Of a DNA stretch of 64,000 nt, positions 7,692-17,435 are shown in pieces. Made by a program: the position numbers and the translations under genes. Positions within the stretch are counted from its first letter, which is position 1, and every line of letters starts with the position of its first letter. The DNA lies in sequence record NC_024790.1; one strand, given 5' to 3'. The notes below the pieces were generated by a model that saw nothing but the letters and a program-made list of their open reading frames with translations, searched no databases and was not told where the DNA came from. This stretch comes from Escherichia phage vB_EcoP_PhAPEC7.

Positions 7692-10253
7692 ATGTTAGTT
7701 GCAGATACCAATCAATCAGCCACTTCAGCGACACTGGGTGGCAAAGAAGCAATCGCCTTTGGCATCTCTGATGACCCGGCATTCTTTCACGTATTAAGTA
7801 CTTCCCTGTATAACAACCCAACTCTGGCAGTAGTCCGTGAGACTATCTGTAACAGTTGGGATGCTCACATTGAATCAGGTAAGACTGATACTCCTATTCG
7901 TATCACTATTGATACTGACAACTTTATTACCTTCCGTGACTTTGGTAACGGTATCCCGGATGAACTCATTGGTTCCATTTATGGTGTCTATGGTGCATCT
8001 ACTAAGAAGTCCAACAGTAGTGTTACTGGTGGCTTTGGCCTGGGATGTAAATCCCCATTTGCTTATACAGATAGCTTCCAGGTTACATCATGGAACCAAG
8101 GAAAGATGTCGGTATATAACGTAGCTAAGGCTGCAATTGAAAATGATGGCAAACCGGGTATTGTTCCTATTGTTACTGGTATTCCTACTGAGGAATCCGG
8201 TCTGGAAGTTAAATTCCAATTAGGTAAACATGATTTAGATACTTTTATTCGTTATATCAAATCAATTGTATTTAATGGGGAGATTAAGGCTGAGCTTAGT
8301 ATCCCCAAACTCACTCGTGAAGAAACGGGTAATATTATTGCCCAGGGTGACTACACTCTACTGAATACACTAGGTATGTCATTTGAACCTGGTTCATATG
8401 ATTTGTCTGATAGCTGGTATCAGAACTATATGGGTAGCAGTAACATCTTTGTTCGCTACGGTAACGTAATGTACCCAATAGTATCTAGTCCAGCTAGTGA
8501 AGAGGCTGTAGGTCTTATCCTCAACTTCATGAACATCGTTGGTGCCGGTACTTTAGTAGTTCAGGCTGCACCAGATACCTTAGCTATTGCCCCTAGTCGT
8601 GAAACTCTGTCTAACCAGAAGCTAACCGACGATGGTATTACTACTCTATGTGTAGATTTAGTAGACCGGATGGAGAAAGAGATTAAGACTAAGATTCCTG
8701 AAGCTATTAAGCAGGTTGAAGAGTATGCCTCTGAAGCCACTACTCGCTACTGGGAATATCCATCTTTCTTGGGTGCTGTTACAGACAGAACTGTTCAACG
8801 CTATATGTCCTCTAGCTTGTGGGCTAAGCAACGTAAGCATCATATTAAGCACTGGCGTAATCTATCCAATAAGGCATTATTGGCTCGCCCTGAATATGCA
8901 GGTCTTAAGAAACTGTATAGTAAAGCTATGAGTGCTCTTAAGGATACTCGTACAGATGGTACTTCCACATTCCATGAATTAGTATATCGCCATCTGCACC
9001 TACCTCGGCTTGCTGATTTAAAAGCTACTGGTATTAAGTGGTCTGGTTACATAATGAACCAGGGTAACCGTGTTGACCTGGTGAAAGGTAAACTTACTGA
9101 TTACTTTAAGATGGGCTATAACAGCCATTTGGGTATCGGTATATTCACTACCAAGAACGTTGTAGTTACTCGACGTTTATCTGACTGTGCAGACTCTTTC
9201 TCATACTTCCCAGAATACAACCGAGGTGACCTGGAGCGTACAGCTTTTGTTCACGTCGTTGGTCCTAAGAAGGGTGAAGCAGAGAAAGCTGTAGCTAAGT
9301 TCACTGCTATGGGTTATCGGGTCATTGACCTTACTCAATATAATGAGTGGGACAAGCCAACTAACTTCCGCAGAGAACAAGCTAAGATAGCTGCTGAGAA
9401 ACGTGCTAAGACAATAGCTGCCAATAAAACCAAAGCAGGAGGTAAAACTAATGCACTGGTTTCATTGAATGCTGTACTAGGTACTACCCCTGTACGGGAT
9501 AAAAGTGGTGATTGGGTATCTAAGCCGTATATCCAGAAGGAATTTGCTGACCCGAGCTACCATGAGAAATCTGGTTTCATTGAAGTGGAACTGCCTAAGT
9601 ACTACGTTCTAGCCAATCAGGTTGGTTCTGGTAGACCAGAAACTGCCAAGATTGGAACCATGTGGAAATGGTATGAACTGTCCGATGAGATGAAAGCAGA
9701 GACTGTTGTCTGTCGTAATCAAATCGAAGTTAACAAGGCCAAACGCCGTGGTGCTATTCACATTGACGATATTCGTCTTAATGAATTGATGTCTGTTATT
9801 ACCAGCAAGGGATTCAAGAAGTATGCCAGTGAACAGCGTATTGGTGTTCTGGAATACGTAGGGCTGGATGACAGGGAATATTGGGAAATTCTCGATATTC
9901 TGGGACTAACATTCAAACCATTGCAGAACCTGGTTCTTAAACCAGAATACGAGTGGGCATGTGACTTCCTAAGAAGTCATTCACGTAACAAAGAGAAACT
10001 CGTTGAGATGGGCCTCATTAAGTCAGTAGATGACTTGGAACCATATGTAAGAATGGTTATTCCTCGTATGCATAAGCATTTCGAAGTACTTAACGAGTAC
10101 AAAGGACTATTCAGTTACAACTGGAGTGCTGGCGACATTCTACAGAACCTGGACTTAGGTAGTTTAGTCAAACATCTCAAGAAGAATCCAGAGGATATTC
10201 CTGGGTTTAAGTCCCTCTACCGTAATCGTCTAAATAAACTGAAAGGTAAATAA
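7692..10253 (+). CDS. rIIA: rIIA-like protein
   Basis: 853 aa; N-terminal GHKL ATPase-like motifs (ICNSWDAH, FRDFGNGIP, GGFGLG) as in rIIA; followed by a second large ORF (rIIB-like), the arrangement seen in N4-like and T4-like phages. Confidence 0.55.
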   Translation: MLVADTNQSATSATLGGKEAIAFGISDDPAFFHVLSTSLYNNPTLAVVRETICNSWDAHIESGKTDTPIRITIDTDNFITFRDFGNGIPDELIGSIYGVYGASTKKSNSSVTGGFGLGCKSPFAYTDSFQVTSWNQGKMSVYNVAKAAIENDGKPGIVPIVTGIPTEESGLEVKFQLGKHDLDTFIRYIKSIVFNGEIKAELSIPKLTREETGNIIAQGDYTLLNTLGMSFEPGSYDLSDSWYQNYMGSSNIFVRYGNVMYPIVSSPASEEAVGLILNFMNIVGAGTLVVQAAPDTLAIAPSRETLSNQKLTDDGITTLCVDLVDRMEKEIKTKIPEAIKQVEEYASEATTRYWEYPSFLGAVTDRTVQRYMSSSLWAKQRKHHIKHWRNLSNKALLARPEYAGLKKLYSKAMSALKDTRTDGTSTFHELVYRHLHLPRLADLKATGIKWSGYIMNQGNRVDLVKGKLTDYFKMGYNSHLGIGIFTTKNVVVTRRLSDCADSFSYFPEYNRGDLERTAFVHVVGPKKGEAEKAVAKFTAMGYRVIDLTQYNEWDKPTNFRREQAKIAAEKRAKTIAANKTKAGGKTNALVSLNAVLGTTPVRDKSGDWVSKPYIQKEFADPSYHEKSGFIEVELPKYYVLANQVGSGRPETAKIGTMWKWYELSDEMKAETVVCRNQIEVNKAKRRGAIHIDDIRLNELMSVITSKGFKKYASEQRIGVLEYVGLDDREYWEILDILGLTFKPLQNLVLKPEYEWACDFLRSHSRNKEKLVEMGLIKSVDDLEPYVRMVIPRMHKHFEVLNEYKGLFSYNWSAGDILQNLDLGSLVKHLKKNPEDIPGFKSLYRNRLNKLKGK

Positions 10254-10257
10254 TCTG

Positions 10258-12318
10258 ATGAAAATCGAATTGATTTCTATCATCGCACTGGCAGTTGACA
10301 GTCGTAACCTCACACTGTGGAAGCCTGATGGCTCCACGGTTGTATATCCACAGAGCGACCCACGGGTTGCTCGCATTGTATCTGAAGCACAGACTAAAGG
10401 TCTTGGTACTACCCAGGACCAAATAGAAGTAAACATTGCACCAGAAGTAGAACTTCATACTGAATACCTGGAAGCAGAGAAGAACACCAACGGATTCGTT
10501 CGTTTCTTCAAGGTAGCTAAAGCTAAACTCAAAGAGTTCTTCGAAGATGGTACAAGTGTTCAACCAGCCCGTACCATCCCAGAAATTAAACTAGGTAATC
10601 CCACTAAGACATTGGTGTCTAAAGCTATGGATACCTTCCTGGCTGTTCAGGCTAATGAACCAGAGGTAACGGTAGCAGACGGTTGTTATGACAAACGTGA
10701 CAATCTGATGTGGGTTACTGGTTGGGACAAAGACCATAACCATCCTGCACTGGTTCGCTTTATTAACGACGTACTAGGCTGGGGATATGCCCATACCGAT
10801 CGTATTCTTAGACAGGAATGGCCTATTGGAATTCGTGCAGTATCTGACGATGAAATGGGTGAGTTTGCTAAACAAGCCCAATGCATCAAAGGCGTACACG
10901 TTGTATTTACCAATCGTGGGGAAACACCACTGCCTTATGTGGAAGTAGTTAAAACTACGAACAAGGATAAGCTGGCTGCTGCTTCAGAGAAGCTAGCTGC
11001 ATTAGGTGCTATCAGTACCGATGATGCTAACTTCCACACTGATGTGAAGGAAGATGAAGTGGTTGTTGCTGTTACTAACAATGGGGTTATCCCTGGAGTT
11101 GAGAACCTGCAACGTCACCTGCGTCAGTCTGCCAAGCTGAAAGACTACAAGGGCTTTACTAAGTTCCTTGAGCGTCTGGCTCCGGTTATTAAAGACCGTT
11201 TGCACTCAGTGGAAGACCTGATGAAGTTCATGGAAACTGCTGAACTGCCCATCGCTGATGATGGCTCTATCCTGTTCCTGAAACGACTTAAGTTCAGAGG
11301 TACAGAAGATGGTAAACGTGTATTCGTTGACTGTCACTCAGGCAACATCCGTCAGTGGGTAGGCTGTAAAGTACAGGTACGAGAAGACCTGGTAGACCCT
11401 GACCGACGTCAGGACTGCTCTAACGGTCTGCATGTGGCATCCATGAGCTACATTCGTCACTTCGGTGGTAACGTAACTATCCTTGGTAAAGTAGCACCAG
11501 AAGATGTTTTTGCTGTTCCTGAGTACAACACTAATAAGATGCGTGTAGCTGCGTATCACATTATTGCTGAACTTCCAGAAGAGGAACGTTGCAACGTTAA
11601 CAGTGGTATCTACCTGTCTAAGACAGAAGTAGGTAAGAAGTTGCTTAATGATGCCATCGTTGGGAACCATAGTTCACCTACTACACTTATTATGGTTGGT
11701 GGTCACTATGGTACTAACCTCAAATACACTAATCTCTCATCTGGTTCTGTAGAACAATTCCGTATAGTTGCTAATAAAGAGGCACTGAATATGGAAGAGT
11801 CACTGAATGAAGCTTTAGCTGCTGAACCAGTGAAGGCTACTGACCTTAAACCTATTAGTAAGAAGGCTCCTACTGTGAAAGAACAAATCCAGGAACTGGT
11901 TAAAGAGTTCCTCAATGCAACAACTCCATATGATAAGTTAGCTGCTGCTGATTTGCTTGTGGAAATACGAGGTAAGGCTCGTAAGCCGTGGGCTGCTTTA
12001 GGTGTAGGTAATGATGTAGTAGCTAAGATTGCTGATGTACGTGCTACCTATACAGCTAAGTCTATTGGTAAACCTAAAGCTGTTAAGCAGGATAAGACAG
12101 TTAAGCCTACACGTTCTGCTGCTGCCACTAAAGTAGCTCCATCTGGTAAACACGTTGATAACCTGCGTAGCATTCTGAACGATACGTCATATTCTGACTA
12201 TCAGAAAGGTCATGCTCTGCAAGACTATAAGCGTCATGCCAAGAAGTCATTCACTGCAATGGGTCTGACTGAAGAAGAAGCTAAGTTAGCTACCAAGCTA
12301 GTTAAAGCTGCTAAGTAA
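10258..12318 (+). CDS. rIIB: rIIB-like protein
   Basis: 686-aa ORF immediately after rIIA-like gene; assignment by synteny and size only. Confidence 0.4.
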   Translation: MKIELISIIALAVDSRNLTLWKPDGSTVVYPQSDPRVARIVSEAQTKGLGTTQDQIEVNIAPEVELHTEYLEAEKNTNGFVRFFKVAKAKLKEFFEDGTSVQPARTIPEIKLGNPTKTLVSKAMDTFLAVQANEPEVTVADGCYDKRDNLMWVTGWDKDHNHPALVRFINDVLGWGYAHTDRILRQEWPIGIRAVSDDEMGEFAKQAQCIKGVHVVFTNRGETPLPYVEVVKTTNKDKLAAASEKLAALGAISTDDANFHTDVKEDEVVVAVTNNGVIPGVENLQRHLRQSAKLKDYKGFTKFLERLAPVIKDRLHSVEDLMKFMETAELPIADDGSILFLKRLKFRGTEDGKRVFVDCHSGNIRQWVGCKVQVREDLVDPDRRQDCSNGLHVASMSYIRHFGGNVTILGKVAPEDVFAVPEYNTNKMRVAAYHIIAELPEEERCNVNSGIYLSKTEVGKKLLNDAIVGNHSSPTTLIMVGGHYGTNLKYTNLSSGSVEQFRIVANKEALNMEESLNEALAAEPVKATDLKPISKKAPTVKEQIQELVKEFLNATTPYDKLAAADLLVEIRGKARKPWAALGVGNDVVAKIADVRATYTAKSIGKPKAVKQDKTVKPTRSAAATKVAPSGKHVDNLRSILNDTSYSDYQKGHALQDYKRHAKKSFTAMGLTEEEAKLATKLVKAAK

Positions 12319-12331
12319 TAGCCTGTTCAAA

Positions 12332-12365
12332 TAGCCTCACTTATAATAAAGTGAGGCTATCTTTG
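12332..12365 (+). terminator. Hairpin terminator after rIIB-like gene
   Basis: 9-bp stem TAGCCTCAC/GTGAGGCTA with a 10-nt loop, followed by TCTTT. Confidence 0.4.
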
Positions 12366-12380
12366 AAGAGGAAATAAGCT

Positions 12381-12776
12381 ATGTCTAAAGTATTCAGAAG
12401 TAATCGCAAAGCAACTGATGAAGACATCATTCGTATGAATGCTGTTGGTCTGTCCCTCGCAACTATCGCTAAGACGTTGGGGGTTCACCCCACTACGGTT
12501 ACTTTGCGATTGCGTTCTCTAAACATTGAACCAGCTGACACACGTCGGACGTTCATGGAGAATGTACTCCGTCCATTACCAACCCATGTGGCAGATTGGC
12601 TATCAGAACAAGTTGGTCCTGCTTATGAGATTCGCTCATATGTAAGAGACTTGATTCTGGAGGCTTATAATAATCGCCACCTTAACCAAGAGAGTGAGCA
12701 TGACAAGTTCATCCGTTTGTACGCTGGCAAATACGGAAGCCTGGTTCCGGAAAGCAGTACCAAATCCGACGAGTAA
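12381..12776 (+). CDS. Putative helix-turn-helix DNA-binding protein
   Basis: N-terminal segment MNAVGLSLATIAKTLGVHPTTV is HTH-like. Confidence 0.3.
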   Translation: MSKVFRSNRKATDEDIIRMNAVGLSLATIAKTLGVHPTTVTLRLRSLNIEPADTRRTFMENVLRPLPTHVADWLSEQVGPAYEIRSYVRDLILEAYNNRHLNQESEHDKFIRLYAGKYGSLVPESSTKSDE

Positions 12777-13164
12777 GAATATTAGTACCCAGATTGGTTG
12801 CCATCTGGAAGAAGTGGTGGAAATGCTGGATGTACTCCAGACTAAATATCCTGGTTACAAAAATAAGTTAGATGATGCCCGTAAGCATTTACGCTTCATT
12901 TCTAACTTACTTAAGCAGGAAGAGGGCAGTTTCTTCATTCAAGAAGAAGACCGTCAAGAACTACTGGATGCACTGGCAGACCAGATTGTTACAGCAACTG
13001 GCGTCGGTACTTTCCTTGGGATGAATGTCCCTGGAGCATTGGCTGAAGTCAATCGCTCAAACTATTCTAAGTTCGACGAAGACGGTAATCCTATCTTCAA
13101 TGAGAATATGAAAGTAATGAAAGGCCCACATTACACCAAGCCTGACCTCAAACCATACATCTAA
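12694..13164 (+). CDS. MazG-like nucleotide pyrophosphohydrolase
   Basis: MazG-like segments (IGCHLEEVVEMLDVL; ALAEVNRSNYSKF). The 5-prime end overlaps the upstream ORF in another frame, so the true start is uncertain. Confidence 0.4.
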   Translation: MSMTSSSVCTLANTEAWFRKAVPNPTSKNISTQIGCHLEEVVEMLDVLQTKYPGYKNKLDDARKHLRFISNLLKQEEGSFFIQEEDRQELLDALADQIVTATGVGTFLGMNVPGALAEVNRSNYSKFDEDGNPIFNENMKVMKGPHYTKPDLKPYI

Positions 13165-13184
13165 CCCTCTACGGAGGGTTTTTT
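13165..13184 (+). terminator. Rho-independent terminator
   Basis: Hairpin CCCTC-tacg-GAGGG followed by TTTTTT. Confidence 0.55.
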
Positions 13185-13197
13185 ACTGGAGATTTAA

Positions 13198-14508
13198 ATG
13201 TTTTCCAAACCTACCAAAGCCCCATTGAACCAGGGGCAAGAAGCGGTTGCGAAGGAGTTCTTCGACTTCCTGCTCGACCCTAATGCCTCAGAATTCAATA
13301 TTAGTGGACCTGGGGGAACTGGTAAGACATTCCTGATGTCGCACCTTATTGATGACACTATGCCTGCATATATGGAAACCTGTTCTCTGATGGGAACCAA
13401 GCCTCTGTATAACGAAGTTGTCATGACAGCGACCACGAACAAAGCTGCTGAAGTTCTGGCTCAAGCTACAGGGCGTCCAACGTCTACCTATCATTCCTTC
13501 CAGGGGCTGATTGTTAAGAATGACTTTAAGACTGGTGAGGCTAATGTTGTACCGTCTAAGTCATTCACCATTAAGAAGAACAAGATTATCTTCGTAGATG
13601 AAGCATCCATGATTGACCGTCAGTTACTTAAGTATGCTCGTGAAGGTACTCACCAGTGCAAACTGGTATTCGTGGGTGATGCTTCCCAGCTTCTGCCTGT
13701 TAAAGAGAGTAAGTCTCCAGTGTATGCAGGTAATATCCCAACACACTATCTGACTGAACAGATGCGTACCGATACACCAGAACTCAAGGCATTGCATCAG
13801 CAATTGCGTGATACGGTGGAAGGTAAGACAGGCTTCCTGCCTATTAAATGTATTCCAGGCATCATTGACTGGGTACAGGAGGAAGAGATGGAGAAACTGG
13901 TTCTCAGTCACTTCACTCAACCCACCAATAGTCGTATTGTTGCTTACACAAATGACCAGGTTATTAATTACAATAACTACATTCGTGAAGCTAATGGCTA
14001 CGTGGGTGAATACTCCATTGGTGAGCAGCTTGTTTCTAACTCAGCCGTTCGCTTGGGTGTGGATGACCGTCTGTCTATCGAGCAGGACGTAAAACTTATC
14101 GACCAGGATAGTAGTACTCGCATGATTAAAGTTACAGGTGACCTGGAACTAGAAGTCCGTGATAGTACTCTAGACCTTGGTTATGGTGGTATTGTTAGTG
14201 AAGTTCCAATTCCTACCGACCCAGACTACTTCAACCGTTTGGTTAAGTGGTTAGGTAAAGAAAAGAACTGGGAACCATACTTCCGTCTTAAAGAAACCAT
14301 TCCAGACCTTCGTGCTACACATGCATGTACTGTTCATAAATCACAAGGCTCTACTTACGACACAATCTTCATTGACGCAAATGACCTCTCAAGCTGTCGC
14401 CAACCTGATATGGTTGCCCGTCTGCTTTACGTCGCTGTGTCTCGTGCTCGTAAGCGTGTAGTGTTCTATGGCAATCTTGCCAGTAAGTATGGTGGTCTAA
14501 CTTTCTAA
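13198..14508 (+). CDS. Dda/RecD-like superfamily 1 DNA helicase
   Basis: Walker A GPGGTGKT, Walker B IFVDEASM, C-terminal motif VHKSQGSTYDTIFI. Confidence 0.7.
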   Translation: MFSKPTKAPLNQGQEAVAKEFFDFLLDPNASEFNISGPGGTGKTFLMSHLIDDTMPAYMETCSLMGTKPLYNEVVMTATTNKAAEVLAQATGRPTSTYHSFQGLIVKNDFKTGEANVVPSKSFTIKKNKIIFVDEASMIDRQLLKYAREGTHQCKLVFVGDASQLLPVKESKSPVYAGNIPTHYLTEQMRTDTPELKALHQQLRDTVEGKTGFLPIKCIPGIIDWVQEEEMEKLVLSHFTQPTNSRIVAYTNDQVINYNNYIREANGYVGEYSIGEQLVSNSAVRLGVDDRLSIEQDVKLIDQDSSTRMIKVTGDLELEVRDSTLDLGYGGIVSEVPIPTDPDYFNRLVKWLGKEKNWEPYFRLKETIPDLRATHACTVHKSQGSTYDTIFIDANDLSSCRQPDMVARLLYVAVSRARKRVVFYGNLASKYGGLTF

Positions 14509-14518
14509 GGGAGGGTAT

Positions 14519-15049
14519 ATGCCTCAGATTGGTTCAGCGACTATTGGTCAGGTTGCCAATAGTAGTGAGATAGTCAAGCACCTGTTCTTAGCAGAACTAG
14601 TTCGTCTTGATGGTGTGTTAAATGGCATTATTGATAAGAATGATCGTATCAATGGTGTAGACGTATCGGCTGGATTCCTTCATCAAGGAGAGTTCTATCA
14701 GCGTTCTAATGCTTCCAGACCCCCAACCTATGGTGAACGATTAACGCTTAATCCAGAACTCTGGCCTGCAATGGACAAGTATCTGAAAGCCTCCAGTCGT
14801 CTGATTATGGAAGTACACCTTGTGAACCAGACTGTATATCGACTGGTTCGTGGTTGTATGTCCTATCAGGATGTACGTGATGCTCTACCCGAATGTCTGG
14901 TAGCACAAGACCAGACTGGTCAGTACAAAGGGCTACCCCGTACTCGTGAAGCAGCTTGGACTCTTGCTGGCGATGCTATGGCAATCAAACAGTATGAGAA
15001 GATTCTACCTTCTATTGAGTACTATGCAGCTTCACATTTGATTTTCTAA
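14519..15049 (+). CDS. Hypothetical protein
   Basis: 176-aa ORF between helicase and polymerase. Confidence 0.3.
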   Translation: MPQIGSATIGQVANSSEIVKHLFLAELVRLDGVLNGIIDKNDRINGVDVSAGFLHQGEFYQRSNASRPPTYGERLTLNPELWPAMDKYLKASSRLIMEVHLVNQTVYRLVRGCMSYQDVRDALPECLVAQDQTGQYKGLPRTREAAWTLAGDAMAIKQYEKILPSIEYYAASHLIF

Positions 15050-15058
15050 GGTAAAGCT

Positions 15059-16729
15059 ATGCGTTACATCACCTCTCAGGATACTGGTAAGTATCCTATT
15101 GCTATCCTCGGTCATCAAATCCGAAGGGAGGAGATGATTAAAACCTACCTGCTGCCTTATGACCTAAGCATGGAAGATTTCATCTTCCTTGAACTTCATT
15201 CTGCCCCCGGCAAGAAGAAAACTCCTGCAAGGGAGATTAAGGAGTTCATTCAGCAGGAACTGCAACAAGTACTGGATGATGCAGAGACTCAGTACATTAT
15301 CTGTACCGATTCTGATTACTTTAAAATACTGACTAAAGAAGCTAAAGCAGAGGCTAACCTCGGCTATGTTTGTGACTCAGTATGGGGTAAGCAGAAGGTT
15401 ATCTATACACCTAGCTACAGACAGGTCTTTTATGATCCACCTGTAGTGAAAGCTAAGATTGCTCAGGGTATGGATGCATTACTTAACCACATTCGTGGGC
15501 AGTATGCTGAACCAGGACAGGGAATCATTGAGTTTGAAGCCTATCCGGATACACCAGAAAAGATTAAAGCCTGGCTAGACCAGTTGCTTGAGATGAATAA
15601 GCCTCTGGCTATAGACATCGAATCATTCGGTTTAAAGCACTATAACGCTGGTATAGGGACGATTACGTTCTGTTGGAGTAAGACACAAGGTATAGCCTTT
15701 AATGTGGACTACGAGCCAATTAAGGGGGCTACTGAAGCACCCTATGGGCGTATCAACAGGAATGATGTTGTTCGTAACCTGTTACGTGAGTTCTTCATTA
15801 AGTACACTCAACGGCAGATGTATCACAACATTAGCTATGACGTGTACGTGCTTATCTATCAGTTATTCATGGATAACCTGATTGATACGGAAGGCTTACT
15901 GCACGGCATGGAAATCATGCTACGTAATTGGGACTGTACTAAGTTAATTACCTATCTGGCTACTAACAGCTGTGCCGGTAATCACCTTAGTCTGAAAGAA
16001 CAGGCTCAGGAATATGCTGGTAACTATGCTCAGGATGACATTAAAGACATTCGTCTTATTCCTAATGAGCAACTGTTACGCTACAACCTCATTGATGGTT
16101 TGTGTACGTGGTACACCTACGAGAAGCACTGGGATACTCTCATTGCTGATGACCAATTAGATGTTTACAACAATATCTTTAAACCAGCCTGTGAAGACAT
16201 TATTCAGATGCAGTTAACCGGTATGCCCATGAATATGGAAACCGTTAACCAAGTAGCTGAGGAGATGGAAACTGACAGGAACCAGGCTCTGAAAACTATT
16301 CGTGAGTCTAAGCTCATGAAGAACTTCACCCTGATGCTTCGTCAGGAATGGGTAGACGATAAGAATGCTAAGCTAAAGAAGAAGCAAGTAACACTGGCTG
16401 ATTGTGACATAGTGTTTAATCCTAATTCAGGGCCACAATTACAGAAACTGTTATTTGATTACATTGGCTTACCGGTTCTTGGTCTTACTAAGAGCAAGCA
16501 ACCTGCTACTGACGGAGACACTATTAAAGCACTGCGTACACATACGCAGAGTGAAGATGTTAAGGAACTGCTCAATGCACTTATCGACTATAAACTCGTG
16601 GATAAGATTATCACTAGTTTTATACCAGCTTTCAGGAATGCCCAGCCGGGGCCGGATGGCTGGCACTACCTATTCGGCAACCTCAATCTTGGAGGCACAG
16701 TCTCCGGTAGGCTATCGGCTTCAGAGCCT
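15059..16729 (+). CDS. DNA polymerase I (family A), exon 1 with 3-5 exonuclease domain
   Basis: Exo I LAIDIESFG and Exo II YHNISYDVYVL motifs; ends inside the conserved GRLSASEP|NLQTIP motif. The computed ORF runs on into intron sequence to a stop at 16750. Confidence 0.85.
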
Positions 16730-17435
16730 AAAATAAATTGGGCTATTTAAACCATGTGAATTCAGGGGAAACCCAGACCGGGCAATCCTGAGCCAAATCA
16801 ACCATACCTGCCTTAGGAGGCACATGATGGATATCAAGAATCTGTACGAGAATACTGACCTATCTCAAGCAGAAATATCAAAGCGTTTGGGTATTAATTA
16901 CAAAAAAGTCTCTAAATATATTAGGGAGAACTACAGTAAAGAATACCGCCAAAGCAGAAATGCAAAGTCTTACCGACGCTCCAAGCTGGGGAAAAATAAC
17001 CCCATGCTCGGTAAATTCGGCAAAGACCATCACAACTACAAAGGTTTAGTATCCGATAGTAAGGGCTACTTAATGGTACTTAAACCCGATTGGTATACTG
17101 CACGCAAAGGTAGCAAACATGTTTTTGCTCACCATGTAGTGGTATGTGAGGCACTTAATATCAGTGAAATACCTAAGGGCTGGTGTGTGCACCATTGTGA
17201 TGAAAATCCATACAACAACGACTTTGATAATCTTGTATTGCTAAGTGTTCCTGACCACGCTCGGTTACACTCAGCATTGAAAGGTGCAACGACTATCTCG
17301 AAAGAGAGTACACTCATGTGGGTGGAAGCGCATGGCACGCCTTACTATCTGGCGTGATGATATAGTCTGCTCTGCATAGGAATATGCAGCAGTCGAAAGA
17401 CGGGCATGGATTAACGACCCATGCTGAACAACAGG
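16730..17435 (+). mobile_element. Group I intron in the DNA polymerase gene, carrying an HNH homing endonuclease gene
   Basis: 5-prime exon ends in U (..GAGCCU); internal guide GGGCU can pair with it. P/Q-like core elements (TGAATTCAGGGGAAACCC, GGGCAATCCTGAGCC) at 16755-16795, R-like AAGGTGCAACGACTATC at about 17281 and S-like GATATAGTC at about 17359. Intron ends in G at 17435; joining the exons restores GRLSASEP-NLQTIPSGSKY in frame. Confidence 0.75.
16824..17357 (+). CDS. HNH homing endonuclease (intron-encoded)
   Basis: Own RBS AGGAGG; HNH motif HHVVVCEALNISEIPKGWCVHHCDENPYNNDFDNLVLLSVPDHARLH; N-terminal HTH-like segment. The 3-prime coding end overlaps the intron R-like element. Confidence 0.75.
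   Translation: MMDIKNLYENTDLSQAEISKRLGINYKKVSKYIRENYSKEYRQSRNAKSYRRSKLGKNNPMLGKFGKDHHNYKGLVSDSKGYLMVLKPDWYTARKGSKHVFAHHVVVCEALNISEIPKGWCVHHCDENPYNNDFDNLVLLSVPDHARLHSALKGATTISKESTLMWVEAHGTPYYLA

Noticed and set aside
16730-17435. Intein interrupting the DNA polymerase
   Set aside because: The upstream frame hits a stop shortly after the break, the HNH ORF has its own RBS and start and is not fused in frame to either exon, and the insert has group I intron core elements. An intron is the better explanation.
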